A stretch of 64,000 nt of DNA from an uncultured Gemmatimonadaceae bacterium (GCA_963822945.1 CAWGJO010000020.1:893563-957562), one strand, 5' to 3'; positions 24,468-34,920 are shown, numbered from the stretch's first letter. The notes: generated by a model not told the origin, from the letters alone. Made by a program: numbers and translations.

Positions 24468-24490
24468 GCGGTATGACAATATCATACCGC
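24468..24490. promoter_or_regulatory. Palindromic operator upstream of the TA operon
   Basis: GCGGTATGA-N5-TCATACCGC perfect inverted repeat, 12 nt upstream of the antitoxin start. Confidence 0.6.
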
Positions 24491-24657
24491 CGAGGCGCTC
24501 GATCAAGGGGTGGCTTCCCAGGGGACGCGTGCAGGGGTCGCCCTGTGCGCGCAGGCGACTGAAGTTCGTCCGAAGCACCGCGGGTGCGGCATCAAATCGA
24601 TGCAGCGGCCACCGATCGCCCGCCCTGGGCGCGGGGCAATCACGCGCCAGGGGGGTG

Positions 24658-26664
24658 CTAACCGAGCAGCGACTTCGCAGCCCGGACCACGGCGTCGGCG
24701 GTGATCCCGAACTCGGCGTAGATCTTCTCGTATGGCGACGAGGCGCCGAAGTGGTCGAGCCCGATCACCGTGCCGGGGGCGCCGGCCAGCCACTTGTACC
24801 AGCTCATGGGCTGCGCGGCCTCGATGGCCACGCGCGGCACGCCCGGGGGAAGCACCTGGTCGCGGTAGGCGGCGTCCTGCTGCGCGAACAGCTCATGGCT
24901 GGGCATGCTCACCACGCGGGCGGCGATGCCCTGCCCCGCGAGTTCGCCCCGGGCGGCGAGTACGAGTTGGACCTCGGAGCCGGCGGACATGAGTACCACC
25001 TGCGGCTTGCCCTGGTCGGGGTCGGCCAGCACGTAGCCGCCGCGGGCGACGTTGGAGGCCGGGGCGTAGGGCGGCCGCTCGATGAAGGGGAGGGTCTGCC
25101 GCGAGAATACGAGGGCGACGGGCCCGTCGGTGTGCGCGAGGGCCACCTTCCAGGCTTCGGCGGTCTCGCCGGCGTCGGCGGGCCGCAGCAGGGTGAGCTG
25201 CGGGATGGCGCGCAGCGAGGAGAGCTGCTCGATGGGCTGGTGGGTGGGGCCGTCCTCGCCGAGTCCGATGGAGTCGTGGGTGTAGATGAAGAGGACGTGC
25301 TGCTTCATGAGCGCCGCGAGGCGGACGGCGGGGCGCATGTAGTCGGAGAAGATCAGGAAGGTGCCGCCGAAGGGGATCAGCCCGCGGTGGAGCGCCATGC
25401 CGTTCATGATGGAGGCCATGGCGTGCTCGCGGATGCCCGAATGGATGTAGCGGGCCGCTGGGTTCTCCCAGGTATAGTTGTGCTCGCTCTTGATGGCGGT
25501 GCCGTTGGACGGGGTGAGGTCGGCCGACCCGCCGAACAGTTCGGGGAGCACGGGCGCGAGCGCGTTGAGCACGTCCTGGGAGGCCTTACGGCTGGCCACG
25601 GAGCCGCCGTCCTTGGTGAACACCGGCACCTTGGCTTCCCACCCCGTGGGGAGTTGGCGGGCGAGGCGGCGCTTCAGCTCCCTCGCGTCATCCGGGAACG
25701 CCTTGGCGTAGGCCTCGAAGCGGGCGTTCCACTCGGCGTGGGCCGCGGCGCCGCGGGCGCGGGCCTGGCGGCAGCGCTCGAGCGCGGGCTGGGGCACGAA
25801 GAAGGGCTCCAGCGAGAGCCAGCCGAGGTTCTGCTTGGTGAGCTTGACCTCCTCGACGCCCAGGGCCTCGCCGTGGGCCTTGGAGGTGTCCTGCCGGTTG
25901 GGGCTGCCGAAGCCGATGTGGGTGCGGGTGATGATGAGGGTGGGGCGTTCGGTCTCGGCGCGGGCCTGGTCGATGGCGGCGTCGATCTGGGACAGGTGGT
26001 TCACGTCGCCGATGCGGAGCACCTGCCAGCCGTAGGCCTCGAAGCGGCGGGCGGTGTCGTCGGTGAAGGTGAGTTCGGTGGCGCCGTCGATGGTTATATG
26101 ATTGTCATCATAAAAGCCGATGAGCTTGCCGAGCCGGAAGTGGCCGGCAAAGGAGGCGGCCTCGTGCGAGATGCCCTCCATGAGGTCGCCGTCGCTGCAG
26201 ATGAAGTAGGTGTGGTGGTCGACGATCTCGTGCCCGGGCTTGTTGAAGCGCGCGGCGAGGTGCGACTCGGCGAGCGCCATGCCCACGGCGTTGGCCATGC
26301 CCTGGCCCAGGGGGCCGGTGGTGGTCTCGACGCCGGGGGTGTGGCCGTGCTCCGGGTGGCCGGGGGTCTTGGAGCCCCACTGCCGGAAGTTCTTGATGTC
26401 GTCGAGCGAGAGGTCGTAGCCGGTGAGGTAGAGGCAGCTGTAGAGCAGCATGGACGCGTGCCCGCAGGACAGCACGAACCGATCGCGATCGGGCCAGTCC
26501 GGGTCGGCGGGGTCGTGGTTCAGGTACTCGGTGAAGAGCTTGTACCCGAGCGGCGCCAGGGCCATGGGGGTGCCGGGGTGGCCGGAGTTGGCCGCCTGGA
26601 CGGCATCCATGGAAAGGGTCCGGATGGTGTTGATGCAGAGGAGATCGAGATCGGGAGTGGACAT
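24658..26664 (-). CDS. tkt: Transketolase
   Basis: [53 protein letters not shown]. Confidence 0.98.
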   Translation of the reverse strand: MSTPDLDLLCINTIRTLSMDAVQAANSGHPGTPMALAPLGYKLFTEYLNHDPADPDWPDRDRFVLSCGHASMLLYSCLYLTGYDLSLDDIKNFRQWGSKTPGHPEHGHTPGVETTTGPLGQGMANAVGMALAESHLAARFNKPGHEIVDHHTYFICSDGDLMEGISHEAASFAGHFRLGKLIGFYDDNHITIDGATELTFTDDTARRFEAYGWQVLRIGDVNHLSQIDAAIDQARAETERPTLIITRTHIGFGSPNRQDTSKAHGEALGVEEVKLTKQNLGWLSLEPFFVPQPALERCRQARARGAAAHAEWNARFEAYAKAFPDDARELKRRLARQLPTGWEAKVPVFTKDGGSVASRKASQDVLNALAPVLPELFGGSADLTPSNGTAIKSEHNYTWENPAARYIHSGIREHAMASIMNGMALHRGLIPFGGTFLIFSDYMRPAVRLAALMKQHVLFIYTHDSIGLGEDGPTHQPIEQLSSLRAIPQLTLLRPADAGETAEAWKVALAHTDGPVALVFSRQTLPFIERPPYAPASNVARGGYVLADPDQGKPQVVLMSAGSEVQLVLAARGELAGQGIAARVVSMPSHELFAQQDAAYRDQVLPPGVPRVAIEAAQPMSWYKWLAGAPGTVIGLDHFGASSPYEKIYAEFGITADAVVRAAKSLLG

Positions 26665-26665
26665 T

Positions 26666-26737
26666 TCGGTAAGTCGGTAGGTCGGTAGGTCGGTAGGTCG
26701 GTGAGTCGGACAGTCGGACAGTCGGACAGTCGGACAG
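26666..26737 (+). repeat. Nine 8-bp tandem units (TCGGTAGG grading into TCGGACAG)
   Basis: Read directly; the array abuts the tkt start codon. Confidence 0.95.
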
Positions 26738-26822
26738 ATAACTACGTGTAACAGCGGAAGTTAACAGGGGCGGAGTACGGCGAATGGGATCCAGGGGGCC
26801 TCGGGCTGGGATAACACGTTCG

Positions 26823-26993
26823 CTACCGCACGAGTTCTTCGATATCCGCGGCCTTGCAGGTGGGTTCGTGTCCCGGGTAGGAATGGCCGCAGTGGATGCA
26901 CTGTTCGCCGAATCCGGTGCGGCGCCAGATGAGGTAGTAGACGGCACGCTGCAGGTTCTTCACCCGGTCTTCGAGATCCGCAGAAGTTGGCAT
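26823..26993 (-). CDS. 56-aa small protein with CxxC-x6-H-x3-C putative zinc site
   Basis: Manual translation MPTSADLEDRVKNLQRAVYYLIWRRTGFGEQCIHCGHSYPGHEPTCKAADIEELVR; GGAG about 10 nt upstream; GC3-rich codons; below the ORF-track cutoff. Confidence 0.7.
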   Translation of the reverse strand: MPTSADLEDRVKNLQRAVYYLIWRRTGFGEQCIHCGHSYPGHEPTCKAADIEELVR

Positions 26994-27190
26994 GCTGAGG
27001 GTGCTCCGATGAGTTCACAATTGGAATGGTGGACCGCTTGATGAAAGGTGGACGGGTGCGGCGATGATGGAAAGGCACCGGGCGTGTGGTATGTGCCTGT
27101 TGCCCCACCGGTGCGCGGGCGACATAATCCGGATCGTGGACACCCCCCCACTACACAGAATTCTTAACCTCACGACGGGTCCGGGCATCG

Positions 27191-29404
27191 GTGGCTGATC
27201 CGAACACCCCGCCGCGCGGCGTGACGCCGCCGACAGACGCCGCCGCCGGCGGGCGTCCGACGCCGCCGAGGGCGGGCGCCCGGATGACGCCCTCGGGGCC
27301 CATGCGCGCGGCCCCGGCCACCGCGACGCTCTCCCGCGAACTGGGCGATTTCCTGGTCGAGCTGTCGATTGCCTTCCACAAGCACGCGATCTATCCGCCG
27401 GGACATCCGCTGCTCCGGGCGGCGGTGGACTCGGTGGTCACGAAGCTGTGGGGGCTGCTGGCCAATCGGAATACGCTGTCCATCGGCGTCGCGCGCCGGC
27501 AGCTCATCATCGAGGGCGTGGCCACCGACGCCAATCACCCGTTGCTGCAGGAGCTGGCGTCGAAGCTGCACCGCCACCATCTGGGCGCGGTGCGGATGAT
27601 GGCGGGCATCACGCGCGACGAACTGGCCGACGCGCTGGCGACGATGGCGGTGGACGCGGGCCGCATGGAGCGTCCGCTGGGGTTGGACGCGGCCGAGGTG
27701 TCGGCGCGGTGGGTGCACGTGAAGGTCTTCGCGCTCACGTACGAGAAGCTGGAGCTCCTGGACGAGGAAGAGGCGGAGCCGGACCAGTCTTCTCCGGATG
27801 GGCCCATGAAATCGGGGCGGGCGGCGCAGCTCTGGGTGGGGCTGGCGCGGGCCGCGCTGGCCGCCGACGCGACGACGGAGGCCGACGTCCACGAGCAGGC
27901 GCTCGAACCGGTGGCCGTGGCGAAGGCGATCGACCAGCATCAGCACGAGGTGGCCTACGACCAGGTGATCGTGGGCTATCTGCTGCAGATTGCCGACGAG
28001 CTGAAGACGGCCAAGGGGTCCGAGACGGCGGCCCTGCAGCGGCGCATCTCGGGGATGGTAGGCGCGCTGCAGCCCGAGACGCTGCAGCGGCTGCTCGACA
28101 TGAGCGGCGACAACCGGCAGCGTCGCAAGTTCGTGCTCGACGCGTCGCAGGGGATGACGGTGGAGGCCGTGGTCGAGCTGGTGAAGGCGGCGGCGGACGC
28201 CGAGCAGCAGACCATCTCGCACTCGCTGGTGCGGATGTTCTCCAAGCTGGCCAAGCACGCCGGTGACGCGGACACGACGAGGCGGACGCTGGCCGACCAC
28301 TCGTTGCGGGAGCAGGTGGTGCGGCTGATCCGCGAGTGGTCGCTGGACGATCCGAATCCGGAATCGTACCGGCTGGTGCTGGAGGAGATCTCGCGCCGCG
28401 GGCCGGCGGAGGTGGTGCCGTCGCCGTTCTCGCTGGAGTGCGAACCCGACCGGATCGTGAAGATGGGGCTGGAGGTGGGTGTGCTGGGCACGCGGGTGGA
28501 GCGCGCGGTGATGACGATGGTGGAGACCCACCAGGTGACGGCCCTGCTCGACCTCGTGGACGGGGCGCCGGACCCCGCCGTGGCCAGCCAGGTGTGGCAG
28601 GAGATCGAGGATCGCGACGTGCTGCGCACGGTGCTCGAGGACGAGCGTGTGGACTACGTGCTGGCAGCGCGGCTGGTGAAGCGGATGCGAATGGCGGCGA
28701 TCATGCCGCTGCTGGACGCCGTGGAGAGCCACGATGAGGGGAAGGCCCGCGACCGGCTGATGGATCTGCTGGTCTCGATCGGCGCCGACGTGGGGCCGTA
28801 CATCGCCACGCGCATGCGCACGGCGCCGGCCGCGCTGCAGCGCGACTTGCTGGTGGCGTTGGGGCGGCTGGACCGGCTGCCGGCGGGGATGGATCCCGGG
28901 GCATATCTGACGCACCCGGAGCCGATCGTGCGGCGCGAGGCCGTGCGGCTGTTTCTCAAGGTCCCGGAGACGCGGGAGCAGACGATGCTCGCGGCGCTGT
29001 CGGATCCGGACGACCGCACGGTGTTCCAGGCGCTCTCGGCGGCGCAGGACGGGTGCTCGGACGAGGGTGCGGCGATCATCCGGCAGCGGGTGGACGACGA
29101 CGAGTTGGACGCGTCGCTGCGGGCGCTGGGCATCCGCACCGTGGGCGGGAGCCGGCGCGACGAGGCGACCCGCGAATGGCTGCTGCGGCGCGTGGTGGGA
29201 CGCACCAAGTGGCTGCGCCGGAAGAAGCTGCTGCACAGCACGCCCGAAATGCTGGCGGCGGTGAGCGCGCTGGCGGCGTTCTGGGCGGACGACCAGGAGG
29301 CCGGGGACGCGGTGAACATGGCGCGGCGAAGCCGGGATGCGGAGGTGCGGCAGGCGGTGGCGCAGCCACGGGTGACCGGGCCGATGCGGGCGGTGCGCGG
29401 ATGA
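27191..29404 (+). CDS. HEAT-repeat-containing hypothetical protein
   Basis: 737-aa helical ORF with host-like codon usage; HEAT-like units (HPEPIVRREAVRL, DPDDRTVFQAL); stop overlaps the next ATG. Confidence 0.75.
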   Translation: MADPNTPPRGVTPPTDAAAGGRPTPPRAGARMTPSGPMRAAPATATLSRELGDFLVELSIAFHKHAIYPPGHPLLRAAVDSVVTKLWGLLANRNTLSIGVARRQLIIEGVATDANHPLLQELASKLHRHHLGAVRMMAGITRDELADALATMAVDAGRMERPLGLDAAEVSARWVHVKVFALTYEKLELLDEEEAEPDQSSPDGPMKSGRAAQLWVGLARAALAADATTEADVHEQALEPVAVAKAIDQHQHEVAYDQVIVGYLLQIADELKTAKGSETAALQRRISGMVGALQPETLQRLLDMSGDNRQRRKFVLDASQGMTVEAVVELVKAAADAEQQTISHSLVRMFSKLAKHAGDADTTRRTLADHSLREQVVRLIREWSLDDPNPESYRLVLEEISRRGPAEVVPSPFSLECEPDRIVKMGLEVGVLGTRVERAVMTMVETHQVTALLDLVDGAPDPAVASQVWQEIEDRDVLRTVLEDERVDYVLAARLVKRMRMAAIMPLLDAVESHDEGKARDRLMDLLVSIGADVGPYIATRMRTAPAALQRDLLVALGRLDRLPAGMDPGAYLTHPEPIVRREAVRLFLKVPETREQTMLAALSDPDDRTVFQALSAAQDGCSDEGAAIIRQRVDDDELDASLRALGIRTVGGSRRDEATREWLLRRVVGRTKWLRRKKLLHSTPEMLAAVSALAAFWADDQEAGDAVNMARRSRDAEVRQAVAQPRVTGPMRAVRG

Positions 29405-30612
29405 GCGAGCCGGCCAAATTCCTGACCGCGTTCGCGCAGGCGCTCTCGACGATGGCGTTGTATTCCGACGGTCATCCGGCGCGGGAGCGCGCCATCGACC
29501 GGGCCTACGACCTGCTCCGCGAGCTGCAGGCCTCGGACCCGCAGCCGGAATTCAGCTTCCTGGGCGAGGAGACGGTGTACCGCAACGTCGCGATGCGGGA
29601 GATGCGCGACTGGGAGTGGGCGGGCCGGCTGGCCAACGCCGGCGTGCAGCGGCTGGAGTTCGAGAGCGCGGTGGGGCGCGAGGAGTTCGAGGACTTCCTG
29701 GAGCAGGTGCTGGCGCGGCTCACGATGTCGGCCATCGACACGTCGGAGGCGCGGCAGACGCGCCCGTCGTCCATCAAGTTCGGCGCCATCGGCATTCGCG
29801 GCGAGACGAAGGCGCTGCAGGACGCGTTCGCCGAACCGATCGAGACGGCGACCATCGGGTACTCGCTTGGCGAGGAGGTGGAGGCGGTGCGCTGGATGCA
29901 CGCCGAAGTGGGCGATCGCGCCTCGCTGCCCCTGCTGGAAGCCGAGAGCGTGGTCCGCTCGCTGAGCGTGGCAATGCACGGCGAGAGCGAGATGGTGCTG
30001 CCGCTGCTCGAGCTGCGGCAGTTCGACGAGTACACGACGACGCACTGTCTGAACGTGTCGATCCTCACGATGGCCCTGGCGGAGCATCTGGGGGTGTCGA
30101 GCGCCGACGTGCGCACCTTCGGGGTGGCCGGGCTGCTGCACGATCTGGGCAAGGTGCGCGTGCCGCTGGAGATCCTGAACAAGCCGGGCAAGCTGACGGA
30201 CGAGGAACGGGTGGTGATCCAGAGCCACACGGTGGAGGGGGCCAAGATCATCATCACGAGCGACCGCGAACTGGATCTGGCGGCCGCCGTGGCCTACGAG
30301 CACCACATCATGCTGAACGGGGGCGGCTACCCGAAGCGGCACTTCGAGCGCGACACGCACAAGGCGAGCAAGCTGGTGCACGTGTGCGACGTGTTCGACG
30401 CGCTGCGCACCAAGCGGCCGTACCGCGACGCGTGGGAGACGACCCGCGTACTCGGATATCTGGAGGAGAAGGCGGGGAGCGAGTTCGATCCCGACGTGGC
30501 GCTTCCCTTCGTGGAGATGATGCGGGGGCTGGAGGGGCAGGTGGTGCAGGCGACGGGGCTTGAAGACAGTCGGACAGTCGGACAGTCGGACAGTCGGACA
30601 GACAAGGCGTAA
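29401..30612 (+). CDS. HD-GYP c-di-GMP phosphodiesterase
   Basis: YTTTH, HDLGK, KPGKLT, HH...GGGYP, DVFDAL..RPYR, FDP; ATGA overlap with the upstream gene. Confidence 0.9.
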   Translation: MSEPAKFLTAFAQALSTMALYSDGHPARERAIDRAYDLLRELQASDPQPEFSFLGEETVYRNVAMREMRDWEWAGRLANAGVQRLEFESAVGREEFEDFLEQVLARLTMSAIDTSEARQTRPSSIKFGAIGIRGETKALQDAFAEPIETATIGYSLGEEVEAVRWMHAEVGDRASLPLLEAESVVRSLSVAMHGESEMVLPLLELRQFDEYTTTHCLNVSILTMALAEHLGVSSADVRTFGVAGLLHDLGKVRVPLEILNKPGKLTDEERVVIQSHTVEGAKIIITSDRELDLAAAVAYEHHIMLNGGGYPKRHFERDTHKASKLVHVCDVFDALRTKRPYRDAWETTRVLGYLEEKAGSEFDPDVALPFVEMMRGLEGQVVQATGLEDSRTVGQSDSRTDKA

Positions 30613-30710
30613 CCGCTTACGGCACGACGGGGTCACCACCTCGGCCCGGCCCCCCTGTGCAAGTTTTTCGACGCATGGCGTCTCATGGGTGTACGCAACC
30701 CGGAGACACC

Positions 30711-33116
30711 ATGCGTTTCTCATTGATAGCCGCGGCGCTTCTGGCGCCCGCCGCGTTGGCGGCGCAGGGGCGAATGATCCCCATGTGCAACATCCCCGCG
30801 GACGGCCCGCGGGCAGTGATCCCGTGCCAGGCGCAGATCGTGCGCACGCGGAGCGACGTGCGCGGCGTGCTCACGGGCCGAGTGGTGCGGTATACGGTGA
30901 GCGAGGAGTTCGTGAACCGCGGCGGACGGCTGGGCGAGGCGGACTATCTGTTCCCGCTGCCGCCGGGCGCCGCATTCCGCGACCTCAAGCTGTCGATCAA
31001 CGGCCAGATGGTGAGCGGCGAGACGATGGACGCCCAACACGCGCGCGGCATCTACGAAGAGATCGTGCGCAAGCTGCGCGACCCGGCGCTGGTGGAATGG
31101 ATGGGGTCGGGTCTGCTGCGCACGCGGATCTTCCCCATTCAGCCGGGCGAGCGAAAGAAGGTGGTCGTGTCGTACGAAGCGGTGGTGCCGCGTGAAGGGG
31201 ACGCGCTGCGGGTGGAGTATCAGCGGGGGAGTCAGACGGTGGGACCGTGGGGGCGTGGAATGGTCGGACAGTCAGACAGTCGGACCGTCGGACCGAACAG
31301 CGAGCTGAGGATTCGTGAGCCCGACAGCTTCGAACTCGCGTACGCGCGCAGCGAAGCGCTGGGCGCGCCGTACTCGCCCACCAACAGCATCAAGGTGCGC
31401 GACGACGGACGGATGCGCGTGGTGCGCGTGCTCGGCGACGCGGGCAACGTGACGCTGCTGCTGCCGCTGCACCTGGGAAACCGGGCGGCGATCTCGGTGC
31501 TCACGCACGCGCAGCGCGGCGACAGCGGATTCGCCATGATCACCGTGTCGCCGCCCGAAACGCACGAGGCGCCGAGCGCGCGCGACGTGACGTTCGTGGT
31601 GGACGTGTCGGGGTCGATGTCGGGACGGAAGATCGAACAGGCGCGCTCGGCGGGGATGCAGCTGCTGTCCACGCTGCGGCCCACGGACCGCTTCCGGTTG
31701 ATCGACTTCTCGAACGACGTGCGGGACTTCCGCGACGGGTTCAGCTACGCGACGCCGGCGAACATCTCGGCCGCGCGGCGGTACCTGGCCGGGCTCTCGG
31801 CGGGTGGCGGGACGAACATCGCGGCCGCTCTGGATGATGCGCTGGGCCAGCATCAAGAAGATGAACGGCAATTCGACGGACACCGCCGGATGAGAACGGG
31901 TACTGCAACTGCAAACGGCGAACGGAATGGGGGGACTGCAAACTGCGAAGATCCGACGGTGAACTGCGTGTGGCCCACCAGCGGTCGCCTCAGTCTCGTG
32001 CTCTTTCTCACCGACGGGATGCCGACGGTGGGGGTGACGGACCCGAACCGCATTGCGGAGCTGGCGGAGAACGAACGGGGCGACGCGCGCCTGTTCACGT
32101 TCGGGTTGGGCGCCGACGTCAATTCGGCGCTGCTGGAACGGCTGGCGATGGACGGACGGGGCACGGCGCAGTTCGTGCGTCCGGACGAGGACGTGGAACG
32201 GATGGTGGGCGTGGTGGCCAGCCGTCTCACCGATCCGGTGGCCACTGACCTGCGGGTGCGCGTGGACGGACACGACGTGCAGCTGCGCGATGTGGTGCCC
32301 TCGATGCCGATGGACCTGTTCGGCGGCGAGGACCTGGTGGTGATGGCGCGGTACACGGGGCACGGCTCGGCGCGGGTGACGGTGGAGGGAAGGTCGCATG
32401 GGCGCACGGTGCGCTGGACGTCGAACGCGACGTTCGATGACGGGTCGCGCGCCAACGGATTCATTCCGCGGCTGTGGGCGGCGCAGCGCATCGGGTATCT
32501 GAGCGCCGAGCGCCGGCGTCACGGACCGAACCCCGAAGTGGACGACGAGATCCGCACGCTGGGCGAGCGCTATGGCATTCCCACGGAGTTCACTTCATAT
32601 CTGGTGCAGGAACCGCAGATGGCGGCGCGGGCCGCCAACGCTCCGATGGATGCGCGAACGGGTGTGCGCGGTACCACGCAGCCCAAAGCGCTGGACGTGC
32701 ACGGTGTGGTGACGTCGGGTATGGCGGGCGGGTATGCCTCGGCGCCGCAGGCGAGCTTCGAAGCGGCCAAGATGGCGTCGGCGCAGCGGGCGGCGAACTC
32801 CACCGCGATGCTGGACTCGCTGTCGGCGGCGGCCGGCGGTGGCGCGGGCGGCGTGCGGGTGGTGGACGGACACACGTTCACGCTGCGCGACGGCCGCTGG
32901 GTGGACGGTGGGCTCACGGACTCAACGCGGACGGTACAGGTGCAGGCATTCTCGAAGAGCTACTTCGCACTGCTCGATCGGATTCCGGCGCTGCGCGGCA
33001 TGGTGGCGCTGGGCCCCCGCGTGGTGATGGCCGGCCGCGCCGTGGCGATCGAGGTCGTGCCGCAGGCGGCGGAACTGACCGGCGCCGAACTCGACCGGGT
33101 GGTGAGCGCCTGGTAG
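30711..33116 (+). CDS. Secreted VIT + von Willebrand A domain protein
   Basis: Signal peptide MRFSLIAAALLAPAALAAQ, VIT (YLFPLP, ARGIYEEIV..RDPAL), MIDAS DVSGSM, GGTNI, LTDG. Confidence 0.9.
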   Translation: MRFSLIAAALLAPAALAAQGRMIPMCNIPADGPRAVIPCQAQIVRTRSDVRGVLTGRVVRYTVSEEFVNRGGRLGEADYLFPLPPGAAFRDLKLSINGQMVSGETMDAQHARGIYEEIVRKLRDPALVEWMGSGLLRTRIFPIQPGERKKVVVSYEAVVPREGDALRVEYQRGSQTVGPWGRGMVGQSDSRTVGPNSELRIREPDSFELAYARSEALGAPYSPTNSIKVRDDGRMRVVRVLGDAGNVTLLLPLHLGNRAAISVLTHAQRGDSGFAMITVSPPETHEAPSARDVTFVVDVSGSMSGRKIEQARSAGMQLLSTLRPTDRFRLIDFSNDVRDFRDGFSYATPANISAARRYLAGLSAGGGTNIAAALDDALGQHQEDERQFDGHRRMRTGTATANGERNGGTANCEDPTVNCVWPTSGRLSLVLFLTDGMPTVGVTDPNRIAELAENERGDARLFTFGLGADVNSALLERLAMDGRGTAQFVRPDEDVERMVGVVASRLTDPVATDLRVRVDGHDVQLRDVVPSMPMDLFGGEDLVVMARYTGHGSARVTVEGRSHGRTVRWTSNATFDDGSRANGFIPRLWAAQRIGYLSAERRRHGPNPEVDDEIRTLGERYGIPTEFTSYLVQEPQMAARAANAPMDARTGVRGTTQPKALDVHGVVTSGMAGGYASAPQASFEAAKMASAQRAANSTAMLDSLSAAAGGGAGGVRVVDGHTFTLRDGRWVDGGLTDSTRTVQVQAFSKSYFALLDRIPALRGMVALGPRVVMAGRAVAIEVVPQAAELTGAELDRVVSAW

Positions 33117-33129
33117 GGCGTTCGCACGC

Positions 33130-33639
33130 ATGGACGACACCGACCGTTTGTTCCGCGAGTACCACGCGCCGTTGGTGCGGTACCTGACGCGGCGGTTGGG
33201 TGATCGCGACTGGGCCGAGGAGGTCGCGCAGGAGACGTTCCTGCGCGCCCTCCGCCAGCGCGACCTGTCGAACGAGCGGGCCTGGCTGTTCACGGTGGCC
33301 ACGAACCTGGTGCGCGACGCGGCGCGGCAGGAATCCCGGCGGAGGCGTCATCTGGAACTACTGCGAGCGGAAGAGGCGGGGCGGATGGTGGAGTCGCCGG
33401 ACTCCGCGATGGTGCGCGCGGAAGAGCGTGCGCAGGCACGGCGGGCGCTGGAGCAGCTGCCGGAGCGCGATCGCGAAGCGTTGCTGATGCGCGAGGAAGG
33501 ATTGAACTACGAGGAGATCGCCGAGGCGCTGGGGCTGTCGGTGGGGTCGGTGGGGACGACGCTGGCCCGGGCGAGGCGGCGGTTGGTGGAGATGTTTGAG
33601 GAGTCTGACAGTCGGACAGTCGGACAGTCAGACAGATAA
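33130..33639 (+). CDS. ECF sigma-70 factor
   Basis: AEEVAQETF, AWLFTVATNL..D, region 4 GLNYEEIAEALG..GSV...LARAR. Confidence 0.93.
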   Translation: MDDTDRLFREYHAPLVRYLTRRLGDRDWAEEVAQETFLRALRQRDLSNERAWLFTVATNLVRDAARQESRRRRHLELLRAEEAGRMVESPDSAMVRAEERAQARRALEQLPERDREALLMREEGLNYEEIAEALGLSVGSVGTTLARARRRLVEMFEESDSRTVGQSDR

Positions 33640-33691
33640 ACGGCGGGATAGGGCGGGATACGCGAGATACAGCGGGAAATGGCGAGGGACG

Positions 33692-34880
33692 ATGAAGCAT
33701 CTCGATGAAGGAACCATTCACGCGTGGCTGGACGGAGCGCTCGGCGCGGACGACGCGGCGGAGGTGGAGCGTCACGCCGCCACGTGCGACGAGTGCGCCG
33801 CGCGCGTGGCCGAAGCGCGTGGATTGATCGCCGGCGCGTCGCGCATTCTGTCGGCGCTGGACGACGTCGGCGCGGAGATCGTTCCCGCGCGCGCGGCGGA
33901 GGTGACGCGCAAGCGGATGCGTCCGCGCGTGACGCGTGTAGTGGGCTGGTTGGCGGCGGCGGGACTGCTGCTGGCGGTGGGGCTCGAGACGCGCGCCAAG
34001 ATGGGGCCCGAGATGACGCCGATGGGCGGGGTGTCGATCGACGCGTCGCCGGTAACGATTCCGGATAGTCTGACCGACGGCAAGGTGGCGCGGACGGACA
34101 CGGGAGCGGTCGGAGCGGTCGGAGCGGTCCGACAGTCGGACAGTCGGACAGGGGAGCAGTCGGACAGTCGGACAGTCGGACAGCGCAAGCAGCGGGCAAC
34201 GGCGGAGAAAGGCGCGGTGGTCGAGGCGCCGAAGACGGCCAAGGCAGCCCCGGTTGCTCCGGCAGCGTCGGCGGTTTCCGGGGTCGCGGGTGGAATGGCG
34301 CGGCCGAGCGTGGCGTCGAACATGGCGGTCATGCCCGACTCGACGACGCGGGCGACGCGGGCGACGGAAGTGGCTCGCGCGCAGGCCGCCGCTCAGGGGT
34401 TGAAGATGCAGGACGCGATAGTGACGAGCGCAGCGGAACCGCAGCAGTCGCCGGCGGTGCCGGGGGGGGCGCCGATGTGCTTTGCGGAAGCGCCGGCAGC
34501 TCCCACAATGGCGCCGGTGCCGGCTGATGCGGCGCGCGGAGCGGCCAAGGCGGCGGGCGCGATGCGGATGGGCGTCAGTGCTGCAGCACCGGCAGGCGCC
34601 AATCAGATGCGAGCTGCAGTTGGCGCCGAACGTGTTGATGCTCGACTCCACGCCGGTGTCACCGAGTGTTGCGGGGGCGCAGGCGCCGCGGATGATGTTC
34701 GACGCGGGCGGCGTGGCGGGCGAATGGCAGCGGCTGAACGCGAAGGGCGCGACCGGGGCCGATTCGATAGTTCTCCGGTTCGTGCGGCCGGCGGGGCGCG
34801 TATTGCGCGCGGAGTTGACGCTGGAAGGGTTGAAGGCGGAGGGGCGCGTGATGGTGCGGGTGCAGTGTGGGGGAGGATGA
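33692..34880 (+). CDS. zf-HC2 anti-sigma factor (probable frameshift near 34610)
   Basis: AWLDGAL, HAATCDEC (Hx3Cx2C), TM WLAAAGLLLAVG; protein-like C-terminus in the 34482-34880 frame. Confidence 0.8.
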
Positions 34881-34920
34881 AGCGCGCAGCATGAAGGCTG
34901 AAGGGTGAAACGGGCGACGG

